This document shows positions 39,201 to 52,163 of a stretch of DNA of 64,000 nt, piece by piece. The stretch's first letter is position 1; the number at the start of each line of letters is the position of its first letter. The stretch comes from Gnetum montanum (taxonomy: Eukaryota; Plantae; Gnetophyta), in contig MNCI01002109.1 of NCBI GenBank assembly GCA_015680685.1, positions 66,370 to 130,369 on the forward strand, read 5' to 3'. The notes beneath the pieces are model-generated. The model worked only from the letters and a program-made list of their open reading frames with translations. It searched no databases and was not told the origin of the DNA. Made by a program: the position numbers and the translations under genes.

Positions 39201-40505
39201 GATTTAGATTCAAAAATATTAAAAAGCAAGCTCACCCTCTATGATTTATTTGTGAACTTGCATTACTTTTTGATTTTTCTCACTCTGTCTTTTCCTTTTG
39301 TTGCAGTGATGCTTTCCAAGCTTTTCAACCATGATAGTCCCTCTTCATGTCACCAAATTTGTGGCAAAACCAACATTTAATCTTACTTTTAAAAGTTCCT
39401 CTACTTTTACTGCTTCCCTGCTTTGATTAGGTCCCTACTTTGATCACACTTATTAGATCTACCTCTATTTGAAACTGTAAAAGCATTACTTGATGATTCC
39501 TGTCCTTTAGGCAATCTTTTTTCTACATCCTAAAGAGTAGAAACTACACCATCAAAACAAATATTACTGGTACTCATGAAGGTAATAATAGTTGTAATAA
39601 TTAGATTCCAAGATTCAGGTAAAGAATTTTAAACAACATAACACTTCGTGGCCCTAGAATTATCACTTTATATTCTTTAAATTTAACAAAAGTAGCCATC
39701 ATATCATCTAGATGATCTTACAAAGAAATGCCTTCTTTCATCTTTGTATTAAAAACATTTTGATAAATATGAAACTAATTCAAACCTGAAGCTTTATCAC
39801 ACTTGTTTTTCAACTTTACTTAAAGAGCATGAGGATCTATTTCATTAGAAAGAGATGCCAAAATTTTGTCACTCAAAAAGGGATGGGTCAGCATTAGTGC
39901 TTTTGCTTGCAACTTTTTCCAATAATCATCTAACATCTTGCAAGTTTTGAAGGTTGAAGAGCCCCATCATACTCCTTTTATGCCAAGATATATTTCATCA
40001 GCACACTCCATATGTTTCAATTCTAATGAACAAACCTATCTATTGTCTATAACCACTCCATTAACCTACTTTGATACCACTTGTTATGAAATTAATTAAA
40101 TCTATAAATAGAAAAAACAAAGAAAATAAGAGAAATACACCCAAAAATTTACATGGAAAACCCCAAGTGGGGGAAAAACCATGGGAACTAGTGCAGAGCT
40201 CTTCCTTTATTTGGAGAAAGTAACCCAAGGACACAAGCTATCCTTGATAGCTCTCACAGCTTGTTGCTATCACCACACCCTTAAGCCCTTCCTCTCATAC
40301 TTTTTGTTGTTGTACTTAGCACACCTTCCCACCTTTAATTTATAGGAGAAAACAAAAGTCTTTTTTCTATTTCATTCTTTAGATGATTTTAGAAACTACT
40401 AATTATATCTCAAGAAGAGATTACAAAGTTGGAAGTTATGAAAGACATAACTTAGATTGATAAAAACATAGGAAGAGTTTTGTTCACATTAACTAATAGT
40501 TAACA
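34940..40505 (-). mobile_element. Degraded Ty1/copia element with a tandem partial second unit
   Basis: LTRs at 40082-40505 and 35756-36152 (TGTTA..TAACA), each followed on the minus strand by a tRNA-Met PBS (TGGTATC). Gag, integrase (VECARSII..SAYLINRSP), RT (YKARLVAKGY, LYVDDM) and RNase H in copia order. Gag is repeated at 34940-35750. Confidence 0.9.
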
Positions 40506-43500
40506 CATTCCAAGTAAGTATATTCAAACATTGTGGAGGAATGAATGTGATGTTTCAAAATGTTTTTGATGAAATAATCTCTTTTAGATAAAAATTTTAG
40601 TAACTAGATGTGTATTTTTGCTTCTCATGGCAACAATGTTTAAAATTTTTAACATTTTGATGTAAGTACTTGGTGAAAAAAGGATACTTTTATGTATCTT
40701 TTTGTTTAGCCATTGAGAGGATAGTTGTTGCAATTTATTAATTATTTTAATTATTGGTAATAAATTTGAAAAAAGAGTTAGCAAGAATCAATTTATTTCT
40801 TTAGTATTATGTAAGCAAAGGATTTCTAGTTGCTATTTTGAGTTATTCTTAAAGCTCTTTTATGATCTACTAAAGTATAGTGTTGGTTATATTTGATGGG
40901 GTAAATATTGTCAACAAATTTGGTGCCATCACCGAACAAAGTTTTGGGTCATTCTCCATCTAATTTCAAGGAGACATCATTTTTGGGTCATCCCCTAGCT
41001 AATATTCTTCCTTTGGTTAAGATGACATCATTTAATAGCTTTTTCTTTAATTCTATCCTTCAACATATCCCTCATTAGGTTTTTGCTATTTTCTTTATAG
41101 GAAATGCTTAGTAGGAAGTAAAAATTTGAGAGGGCACTTCTAAAAGACAATAAGGTCTAATTTTCTCTTACCTTAGATGGGAGGATTTTGAGGATTAGTT
41201 GTAACAATGAAAAATTTAAAATATGTATTTAAAATCACTGGGCCATTACTTTTATGTTATGTTAGAGTTTCACCTATGTTTGATGGTCCTCTATCGCTAT
41301 ATTCTAAATTATTTTTATAATACATTTTATTTTTAGAGTCCAACATCTCCTAACAAATGCTTAATATACTTTTAAGAAGAATCATTGATGGATGATCTAT
41401 GGATATAAGGTGATATTCTTATAAGATCCAATTTTTAAAAAGTCTAGTTTATAACCATTCTTGGCTAGGTTGTCAAATTTGAGGTGTTAAACTTCTTTGT
41501 AGTTTATTTTCTTTAGATTGCTTAAATTGAAAATATTTTCCAATTTTTGTAGTGCATCACTAGTGGAGCATGAAAAAGAGTCACTATGTAATGAGAAATT
41601 AAGAAAAAGGCCTACTAAGCATCTATCATTGCACAACAAATCCCCTTAGTTTTCGTACTAATAATTGTACTCATGCTTAGTAATGTTAAGCATGATGAAA
41701 GTATTATGTTGAATGTAAAACAAGTATCCCAACATCATTATAGATATAAGCATAAATGTCGTTACATGATTCAAATAAATCTTTTAAAAAAAAGCACTAC
41801 AATGTAAGTTCACAATCTATTCTTAAAATACTTAGAAAGAACAAATACAATATAATCCATCTTTATATGGGTTGAACATCTAAACATCATATAAAAATAT
41901 CATAATCTACATCCTAAGAATAGTACCATAGATAGCATTAAAGGAATTTTAGGCAATGCAAAGAATTTCTTGGTTATCTTAGCTTCACAATGAATTAGCT
42001 AATAAAATTTATATTTTTGGAAAGCTTAATAATTTCTCTACAATTTAGAAAATGAAGTACTACAATAGATATTTGGAAGCTAAGGTTATGTTATATTCTT
42101 TCAGATCTATCAAAAATCATTATAACTCAGATAGTGAAATTTTGTGAGATGATAACTCAAAAGTTAAGTTTTTGAAGCTGAAATTTTAAGTAAACCTTCC
42201 CATAGATATTATCTTTCAAATAAATCTAGTTTCACATCAAATTATTGTGTGATGATGGATAAATGAGCTAATCATTGATCATCATTCATTCTGTTAAAAA
42301 TTTAGGATTCAGAAAATATGCTAAATTGCAAAGTGAATTCCTTCCAAACTGCAATAGATTTTGACCTGAAATTTTCACTAATAAATCTAGAATCCCTAAA
42401 AAATGTTATGAAATGATTGAGATATGATGGAAACAATAAATATCCCCACTTCTAATTATTCAACTTCCAAGATTAAGTAAATAATGATGAATGATGTTGA
42501 TGAATTGATGACTTTATGAAAGATCGATGAATTGATGATAAAACATTCAAATTCTTGTTGAAATTATCTTCATGATTCTATAATAAAAATATCCAAAAAA
42601 TTCCTGAGATATATATATATATAACAATTAGGGTAAAGTTTACTAAAAATAATACAATGTAGCCCTAATAATAAGATAACCCTAAAATTTAAATATATGT
42701 ATGGATTGGGGCCAAAATAACATTACAACTACCCCATTAATTCAAAAATTTCCTATATTTTATTAAAATAAACTCTTATAAAAATAATAAATTACTATCT
42801 TCTACTCTAAAAAACCAACAAGCATAAGCATCATAGTGCAGTTGCTAAGCCCATGGCCCTCCTACTCTACACACCTTATGACTTGAAAATAAAAGTGAGT
42901 TAGTATACACTGTTAGATCCCTTGGCATCTTTTCCAATCAATCAAGGACAAGGATCATGGATGAGGGTTAAAGCAAGGGCACTTCAACTTGGAAAGATAT
43001 GTCAGCATATAGTACATAAGCAAATCATATTAGGGAAAATTTGATCATACATCACAACAATCGTATGGAATATACATGATGTAAAACAATTTGGTGCTAG
43101 AGGTCTTGAACAACCCCTCTAATGTTTTGGAGGAAAATAAAAATCGACAAAGGCTGTACAATTCCTCTTTTTCATAGGATGAGGTCTACAACAAGATATT
43201 CATTGATGCATCACAATGACGTCTAGAATCATGATGATAACATGTGGTGAACTTGTAGTCATTGCATGTGCATCCTTTCAGCCCATTTCAAATTCCAAAA
43301 GGTATAAGGATGCTCTCAAATTACTTAGTAACAATGACATTATCTCGATGGGAATGTAATGGCCATTTATGCATCACTTGACTAATAGGAAACACTCAAA
43401 ATGAAGAATGACCAAAATGAGATTATTGACAATTGTAAAACCATACTGAGATGTTAAAAGGAATGCAAAACCAAGATACAACATGACCACAAAAACTCAT

Positions 43501-45889
43501 AAATCTATAACCCATAATAGTATCCATAGTTAGTTAGGGAATGATTGAAGGTCTACACAAGCTCACATAGCAACATGTGGCCTCAAAAGCATAAATGATA
43601 AAAATCACTTGAATAATTAAAAGTAAAATAAAAAGACAAAAAATCCCACATGAACAATCACCACATAGAAACCCAAAGAAAAGATACATGCACATCGCAA
43701 CCCAACTAAGCTTTGTACATGTGCAATCAAACCAACAATCTTCTTTCCACCAATCTCTAACCTAGTAGAGCTTTTATGTCTAAACAAGGAGATTTCAACT
43801 ATGATCTTTCAAGATTGAGAGTGGGGTTTATATAGAAAAAATTATTAAAATTATGCCAACCTAAGCCTAGCTCTAACTCTCATAAAGCTAGTCTTATCAA
43901 TAGTCCCATCTCTTACATAGACTTTTAATAAAATACATAAATAACACAACTTACCTAAACAACGTGTATAGAAGCACTACATAGTAAACGCTTTCTACAA
44001 CGGATCTTTTTATTCATCATTTTCATCAATATTTTCAAATTATTTTTTATGTATTCCTTTAATTTGAACATTGGCTAGTGTTTTGTTCTTTTTAAAGATA
44101 TTTTTAACAATTTCATAATGTAATATTTTTTTCATCATTTAGGATTTCAAATCTTAATCTTTTAGATGCTATTGTTATCTTTTGAAAAGTCCTTTATTTC
44201 TTACTATGTTTTTGTTATCTTTTTTTTCTTTTGGAATAGGTATACTTCCTTCTCTAGCAATCTACTAATCCTTTAGTTGAACAATCATTTTTTTATTTCT
44301 TCATGGTACCTATTATTAAGTATTCATTCTCTTTCTGAGTTATGCTTATTTCATTAGGGATATTAGAATCTTTCTTTTTAGTGTTCTAAATTTTGCTTAG
44401 GCTTATCTCTCCTTGCTTTTTTTCGTAAGTATTCTTGCTTATGTATTTGACAATAATTTGTAAGCAATATATGACAATAATTTGTCATAGAAAAAGAATG
44501 GTCACTTAACCTTTTAATTTAGATACTTGTCCTGTTATTCTTCTATATTTTCAACATCTTCCATTCTCATGATAAAGTAATTTTATTTGTTTTCTCTATA
44601 CCATAAATATAATTTATGAAGAGTTTGACCATTTTTTAGTAGAACTTTGCTAATTCCTTAATTTATACCCAATTTCTTATCTTTCCCACTCTAAACAATG
44701 TTGGGATTTGTAAAAATCACATTAAGATCTTGATCTCAAACGTTTTGGATGGGAACATTTTTGTATGATGGTCATGAAATGCATAACTTATAGTTTCTTC
44801 ATCTAGTTCCAAGACAATTTCTTTGTTATCAATTTGTATCATAAAGATTCCATTTTTTCTACTTCATGAGCATTTTGTTGATTTTTTTTGGTTGGGATAA
44901 CTTCATGTTTGTTCAATTATATCTTTTGATATCCTTCCATGTCTAATTATTTGAATTCTGAAAGATTCTCCTTTATTAAAATTTCCATAAAACTATTCTC
45001 CTTTTACTTTCTTGTCACAACTCTCTCGAAAGCTTCCACTGTTCTAGAAATTTGATCTCTTTTGAGGAATTTATTTTGTACACTCAATTTCAGGACTCTA
45101 TTCTATTGTATATATCTCAACTTATGTATTATTATTTTTATTTTACCATGAATTCCTTAGGATTTTTTCCCTCTTTACCTTGTTATTATAGGATTGACAT
45201 GTCATCTCTAATTAAAAGTGTATAATATTTGTATTATTTACTTTTCCTATTTTCCAATCCTCTTATCATATCAATTTACTATTTAGATTTACTTTAGATG
45301 GGGTTCATCATTTCATACTACTATCTTTACGTTATTCTTCCATGTTTTGTTTAATCATTGCTCTACGAACCTTGGGCTTTAGTACCATGTTGATTGGTTA
45401 TAGGCACATGAGATATTATTACTACTAAGATTGCATTTTTGTTTTCTCATTGGATTCAATAATACAACATAGATTTTATTTGCTATGTACTAATAAATCA
45501 CATTTACTTCATACAATTACAATAGGTTTAATTAGTGTTCCTAAAGACTTGTTGTTGATTATTTCATTAAGTCTATGACTATTATATCTCCTATAGAGTC
45601 TTATGTGACTTCTATAATTTCTTCATGTTCTTCATAACTAGTTCTCTATCTAAAACTATTCATCTCATCTCCATGAATTGGATGACATTATATGTTTTTC
45701 TATGTAAGGACTCATGCTATCCCCTTTAACTCTTCTAGTTAGGGCTCTTAAACTTTTAGGTGTTCTTCCATAAAAATGGATTGTTACTATAGTCATCCTT
45801 CTATTTAAGTTAGTTTAACCATGTGACTCTTTTGGTGATATGTCTTTTCATATTTCTATATTTCACACATATATCTTTATTAATTTTAA

Positions 45890-46558
45890 TAATAACAAAA
45901 ATAGTGGTGAAATAGAAGTGACAATTCAAGGCAAAAAAATCCCTCACTACAAATAGTTATGCTACCTAGGCTCAATCCTCTAATTAGATGGTGAAATAGA
46001 TACAGATACAAGACATAAAATTGAGGCAAGATGGTCAAAATGGAGACAAGCTAGTGGTGTTCTATGTGATAAAAGAATACCAATAAAATTGAAGGGGAAA
46101 TTTTACAAGATAGTAATTAGGTCACTATCTTATATGGTGCTAAATGTTAGGTAGTACCAAATAGAAATGAACAATAAATTAGTGTGGCAAAAATGTGAAT
46201 GCTTCAATAGATGTTAAATGTTACTAGAAGAGATAAACTACATAATACAAACATTAGAGGAAGATTTGGAGGAACTTATATTTCAAATAAGCTACAATTA
46301 TGGTGGCTTAGATGGTTTAGACATGTGCAAAGAGGACCAGATAATGAGCCTATAAACAAAGGTTGCTACATCACTATTCCAAGAAAGCTACCAAAAGGAA
46401 AACCAAAGGAAACATGGAAAAAAAAATGATTGAAGATGATTTGAAAAAATTACAAATAAACAAAGATCTAGCTCTTCATAGAGGAAAATGGCAAAAAAGA
46501 ACTCTTGTAGTCAACCTCGTTTCATTAGGACAAGGCTAGGATGATGATGCTGATGATA
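45890..46558 (+). mobile_element. RTE-clade LINE, 5'-truncated 3' fragment
   Basis: YLGS...DGEID...[26 protein letters not shown] and LRWFRHVQR, ending in a (GAT)n tail. Confidence 0.88.
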
Positions 46559-48815
46559 CATATAGTTCTTCATCTTTATTACTCCATCTTTTCTACATGC
46601 CTTGTTCTTTTGTCATTCCTTCATTCTCTTTATGGACTAACCTTTGTTCATTTATTTCTTCATGGACTAAATTCTATGAGACTTTTCAATATTATGAAGT
46701 TAACTTGGTTTCTTTTTATTTATTTCCATGAGCCTCCTTGGTTGAGGACTTCTTTCCTATGGTTGTTTTATTGATATTGTTGTGTGTGTCCCTCCAACAT
46801 GAAGCTCACGTCACATTAATATAAATAAATAAAGAGGGGAAGGAGGGTTTCTTGTTAAGCCAACCAAAATTAGTTGCCCAACTTGGCTGCTAAGTTAGGT
46901 AGCATTCAAAAAAGGCTACCTAAGTTAGACAGCATAGGGCATTTTTCTTGGCTATAAATCCAAGGGAAATGACAAATGGGAGCAAGGGCAGAAGAGAAGC
47001 CAATGGCCAAAGTGAGAAAGAGAGGCCAAAGGAAGAGACACATAAATAAGCCTTATAAGATTGGGTTTCTAGGAATTTTTCATAAAGTGCTATGAGATTT
47101 CTCCTTGTTATTCCAAGAATATTTTTTCTTGAGGGTGTGTGTTAATTTTGTATACCTCTAGTAATTAACTAGAGAGAAATTTTTGTATTCCTACTATTTA
47201 TTAGTGGAAGAAGAGTTTTTTGGAGTTCACCCCAGGAAGGATTAACCACACGAGCCCTTGTGTTATTAGGTGTTATTATTTTGTACTTTACTTTCATTGT
47301 TCACTCTATTAGTTTATATCTTGCTTTAACACACAAGTGGTAAAATACTACACATACTAGTTCATGGTGTTGTGCTCTCGTTTTTCCAAAAATTGGTATT
47401 AGAGAAAGGTTGAAGATCATAAACAGAAAAATGGCACTATAGTAGCCTGACACTGTAGCAGAGTGGGTTCATGTACTAGTCTATGGTACTGTATCTCGTG
47501 GAATTTGCTGCAAAATTTGTGAGTATTTCTATGTGTTGTTATGGAAAACACTAGCAAAAATAGTGAAGTTAATAACATGGATATCAATACTAGTAGAATG
47601 GTTTATTTGAATTCTAAAAAATATCAATTATGGAAGGGGAAAATGGAAGACCTTCTATACTATAAAAAAGTGTCATGCTCCTATCATTGGTAAAAAGCTA
47701 GCAGTAATGGATGATGAGGAGTGGCAAATGTTGGATAGGTGATGAGACGCAATATCGCATGGGCTACAATATCGCGTCGTCCCCTGCAATATCGTGTACG
47801 TGATATCGCGGTCCGCTGCCAAATCTATAAATAAGAGGTGGCACTCCCTTATTTCCCATCCTGGCTAGAAGTAGCGAAGCTCTGGCAGTTTGATCACTCC
47901 AGAAATAAATTAATTTCCCATGTGCCCGCAGTAGGAGTCCTAGAGTGAACAGATCTTTATTCGAGCAACATTGTACCTGAACATAAGTTGTGTACGGCAA
48001 TAAAGATGAACTTGATTGGATAAACCTTGCAGTGCATGGATAGGATTTTATTTATTGTTATTTATTGCTTTCCTAGAATGCGGTACGAGTACGACTTGAT
48101 TATGAGCATCTAAGGATGTGTACGGCTAGTTAAGGAATTGGCTGCTCGTCACATGCGGTATGAATACGACTTGATTACGAGCATTGTGACTACTTGGTAA
48201 CCCAGTGGCGCATTCCAGGATCTATGCTTGGTAATCCCAGTGGTAGTCCTAGTGTGTACGGTTAGTCAAGGAATCAGCTGCTCATCGCACTTAGGCTAGT
48301 TAGGCTCTCTCAACCCTTTCCTCCTAGTTAGGTGCCTCAGTACGACCACTTCGAGCACGTGCATTACGTGTGGTGATCCCAGTAACGATTAGTGTTTGGT
48401 AGCCACAGTTGCATAGTTCAGTGTGTGTACAATAAGTGTGAATGGATGCTAACGCTAGTTAATTTAGACTTAGGTCCTTAGTTAGAGTTTGTTAGTTCTC
48501 TCAACCCTTCACCTCATAGCATAGGAGAAAAACCATAAAAGACCATAAAAATCATATACCTTGGACTTACTTAACCATACACCGTGACAACAACAAGTAA
48601 GTCTAGGAAGACAACGAATGATTAACCCAAAGTTTTCCATGGGGCGTTTAGACATTTAGTCTACGGAGTTTGACTGGATCGTGCATGCTACGCTCGTTTC
48701 GTATGGTTGAGTGTAGGGGTACCTTGCCACTCATCATTAGCGCCGTTGCTGGGGACTAAGTGTTTGTGCACTGAATAGAACATAAGGGATATTACTCACA
48801 TCGTTGTGAGCCTTA

Positions 48816-51800
48816 ATGAACCTTTAGGTTAATCAACAAAAAAATTTATATAACAGTAAAATTAGCACATCGATAAAAATGCCTTCTTCTCATAAGAGCA
48901 ACTCACCACCTAAGGACCATACACGAGACAATCGGCAACATAAAACACATAACCAAAATCAGCCAAGTCCTAAACAATATAAGATGACATATACTCATCC
49001 TGATGAGTATATCCTCAACTTTACTTTTATTCTCCATCAAGACGAACAACTACGATGGAGAGATTTTCAAGGTAACATCGTGTTACCCCCAGATCGATCG
49101 ATCCCTAACATGCTCTTCCGTGCCTTGGCACAGATTAGCATGCAAGAGCATTTTGCGGAATACGTTGCAGAAGATTTTGATATGAGGGATTAATATCCCA
49201 TAGATGCCCAACGTATGAGGGATTTAAGATAGGAGAGTCAACATACTTTTTTGAAGGGCAAAGCCCCGCATGTCCTTAGCGAAATAGGAGATGAGGAACC
49301 CCTTATCACGGGTTCTTTAACAAACGATGTTCCCCCTCCTAACGATGGTGAGGAGGAAGGATATCAGAATTTATGATCAATGATCCATATCCCTAGTTCT
49401 GATGCCTGTGAACACCAACTATTCAAAGAGGGAACAACCACTTATGCTAAGGATGGGCACTTAGATCGTCACCACGATCGGGGCCATAGCAGCCAAAGAG
49501 AAGGCAAGAAACATCGTCATGGCGTTGGTTCCCCTTCTTCTTCCAATTCTTCACATTGCTCACCCTCTCCTTCCACGTCTGGGCATAGCCACCATGAACA
49601 AAAAGGTGAGGATAAAAGTAAAAAGGATGAAAGACCTTAACGGGAAAGTTGAGAGAGAGGACAAGGGCAAGGGCATAGGGAGAGTAGGGAACAACACAGA
49701 CATCACAAGCGTCATGAAAGAGATGATCATGACGAGCCCCTACTCGCAACCCAAAGTATGCTTGACATAACGGAGGCAGTTAGGATTCCCACAAGGCATT
49801 TAAAGGATAGTCAGATCAAATGATTAGACATGAACAATATCCCACGATTTGAAGGGGGATACAATGCTGATCCGAAAAATCATTTACAAGCATTCCACGA
49901 TGCCTATGCCTTGCAGAATATAGACAATGAGTAGCAAAAACTTAAGCTATTCCCAAGGACACTCACCAAAGAAGCAGAGAGCTGGTACCGGTCCTTAGAA
50001 TCGGAAATCATCAGGAGGTGGAGTATGATGCTAGAACTGTTCAACGAAAAGTATCAGACATACTCCAGAGTGTCTAATTTGCGTAAGTAGATCCAAGGCT
50101 AGAAGCAAGGTCATCACGAACCCTTGGATGCTGCCATGGCCCACTATTACACATTGTTACATCGTTGCTTGGGCCATGGGTACGCTCAACGGGATCAACT
50201 TCGCCACATCGTGGATGGGCTAAGGAATGAAACGAGGAGAACCCTTGGGACTTACGCCCAAGGGAGACTCTCACAACTTAGAGCCCATGAAGTACAAGGC
50301 CTGTTGGAGTAAGTAGCAAACGAAGAAGGTGAGCTACGCAAAAGGGAAAGTGTGGAAGAGTACAATTGCAATCCCTCCCTTCGAAAGAAGAGAGTGAAAT
50401 TTTGTGATGAAGAGGATGAGTCACCACTCGAAGAGTTGGTGAACCAGAAAACCTTGCTGATCCAAAAAATCACAAAAGAAATAGCGGCTAAGGTAGACGA
50501 TGTATGGAGTTCCTTATACTCTAAAATTGAAATTGTCTTAAAAATTGTAGAAGAATCTAAGGTAGAACAAAGTAGTGACAAAGGTAAGCAAAAGTCAAGA
50601 GATTTAGGCCCTGCACATAACAAGTGTAAGGAAAAAATCACTAACTCCGATGTGGTGTGGATTCTAACATAGACGATGATAGTGGATGTGGGGTCTGCTA
50701 CTATGAACATCCTAAGGAATGTTGCCTAGTTATCTCACATCTACAGGAGTCTGGGGTGTATGCGCTTAATCCAAGACTCAACCAATGGCAAACACCCTGA
50801 AGGTTACCTTATCCACAAGGTAACCCAAGGTAGTTCCACCANNNNNNNNNNNNNNNNNNNNNNNNNNNNNNNNNNNNNNNNNNNNNNNNNNNNNNNNNNN
50901 NNNNNNNNNNNNNNNNNNNNNNNNNNNNNNNNNNNNNNNNNNNNNNNNNNNNNNNNNNNNNNNNNNNNNNNNNNNNNNNNNNNNNNNNNNNNNNNNNNNN
51001 NNNNNNNNNNNNNNNNNNNNNNNNNNNNNNNNNNNNNNNNNNNNNNNNNNNNNNNNNNNNNNNNNNNNNNNNNNNNNNNNNNNNNNNNNNNNNNNNNNNN
51101 NNNNNNNNNNNNNNNNNNNNNNNNNNNNNNNNNNNNNNNNNNNNNNNNNNNNNNNNNNNNNNNNNNNNNNNNNNNNNNNNNNNNNNNNNNNNNNNNNNNN
51201 NNNNNNNNNNNNNNNNNNNNNNNNNNNNNNNNNNNNNNNNNNNNNNNNNNNNNNNNNNNNNNNNNNNNNNNNNNNNNNNNNNNNNNNNNNNNNNNNNNNN
51301 NNNNNNNNNNNNNNNNNNNNNNNNNNNNNNNNNNNNNNNNNNNNNNNNNNNNNNNNNNNNNNNNNNNNNNNNNNNNNNNNNNNNNNNNNNNNNNNNNNNN
51401 NNNNNNNNNNNNNNNNNNNNNNNNNNNNNNNNNNNNNNNNNNNNNNNNNNNNNNNNNNNNNNNNNNNNNNNNNNNNNNNNNNNNNNNNNNNNNNNNNNNN
51501 NNNNNNNNNNNNNNNNNNNNNNNNNNNNNNNNNNNNNNNNNNNNNNNNNNNNNNNNNNNNNNNNNNNNNNNNNNNNNNNNNNNNTTGGTGGAGGACGTTA
51601 TTACCACTGTATGTGGTTGGTCCTACCCAGCTGATTTTTTGGTGATCGAAGTTAACAACAATGAAGGGGACTTCCCAATTATAATGGGAAGGGCATGGCT
51701 TAGTATAGTAGACGCATGCCTTAGGATCCGCAATCTTTCCTTGGAAATATCTAAGATAAACATATGTGGAAAGATCGAGAAGAGGAAAGTTCCATGCATC

Positions 51801-52163
51801 ACATACAGTGATTCATCAGGTGATGACATGGAGGGATGTTCATCTCCTCCATGTGGTAGGTGTGCCGTTGAAACTGTGCAACAAAGATGCCTGTATGTAG
51901 CAACCACACAAGAAGTAGTAGACACCCAGTGGTTGACAACTACTAGAAAGAGCAACCAAGTATGCATGGAATGAACTGAGGAAAACCATGCCAACAACGA
52001 AGGCATAGACACATTGAAATATGAGTATCGCCAACTTCCACCCATTAATTTAAGATCATCAATTGGGAGAAGTTGGGCACTTCTTAGAAATTCCAACAGG
52101 CACTCATCATTTCGGATCTCTCCCTTACAACTCAGTCATGGGGGAGATGGTCAACTATGCTAA
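48816..52163 (+). pseudogene. gag: Gag-protease polyprotein of element B (assembly gap 50842-51585)
   Basis: Homologous to 11317-14715, with the same start (MNL.VN) and the same end (HGGDG.LC*). Confidence 0.85.
50842..51585. other. Assembly gap (Ns)
   Basis: Run of N. Confidence 0.98.

Noticed and set aside
40540-43950. Degenerate LTR-like sequence, including PBS-like TGGTGCCATCACC near 40921
   Set aside because: Too decayed to define boundaries or family by eye.
50760-51974. 404-aa and 267-aa ORFs in the track
   Set aside because: Artefacts of the N gap.
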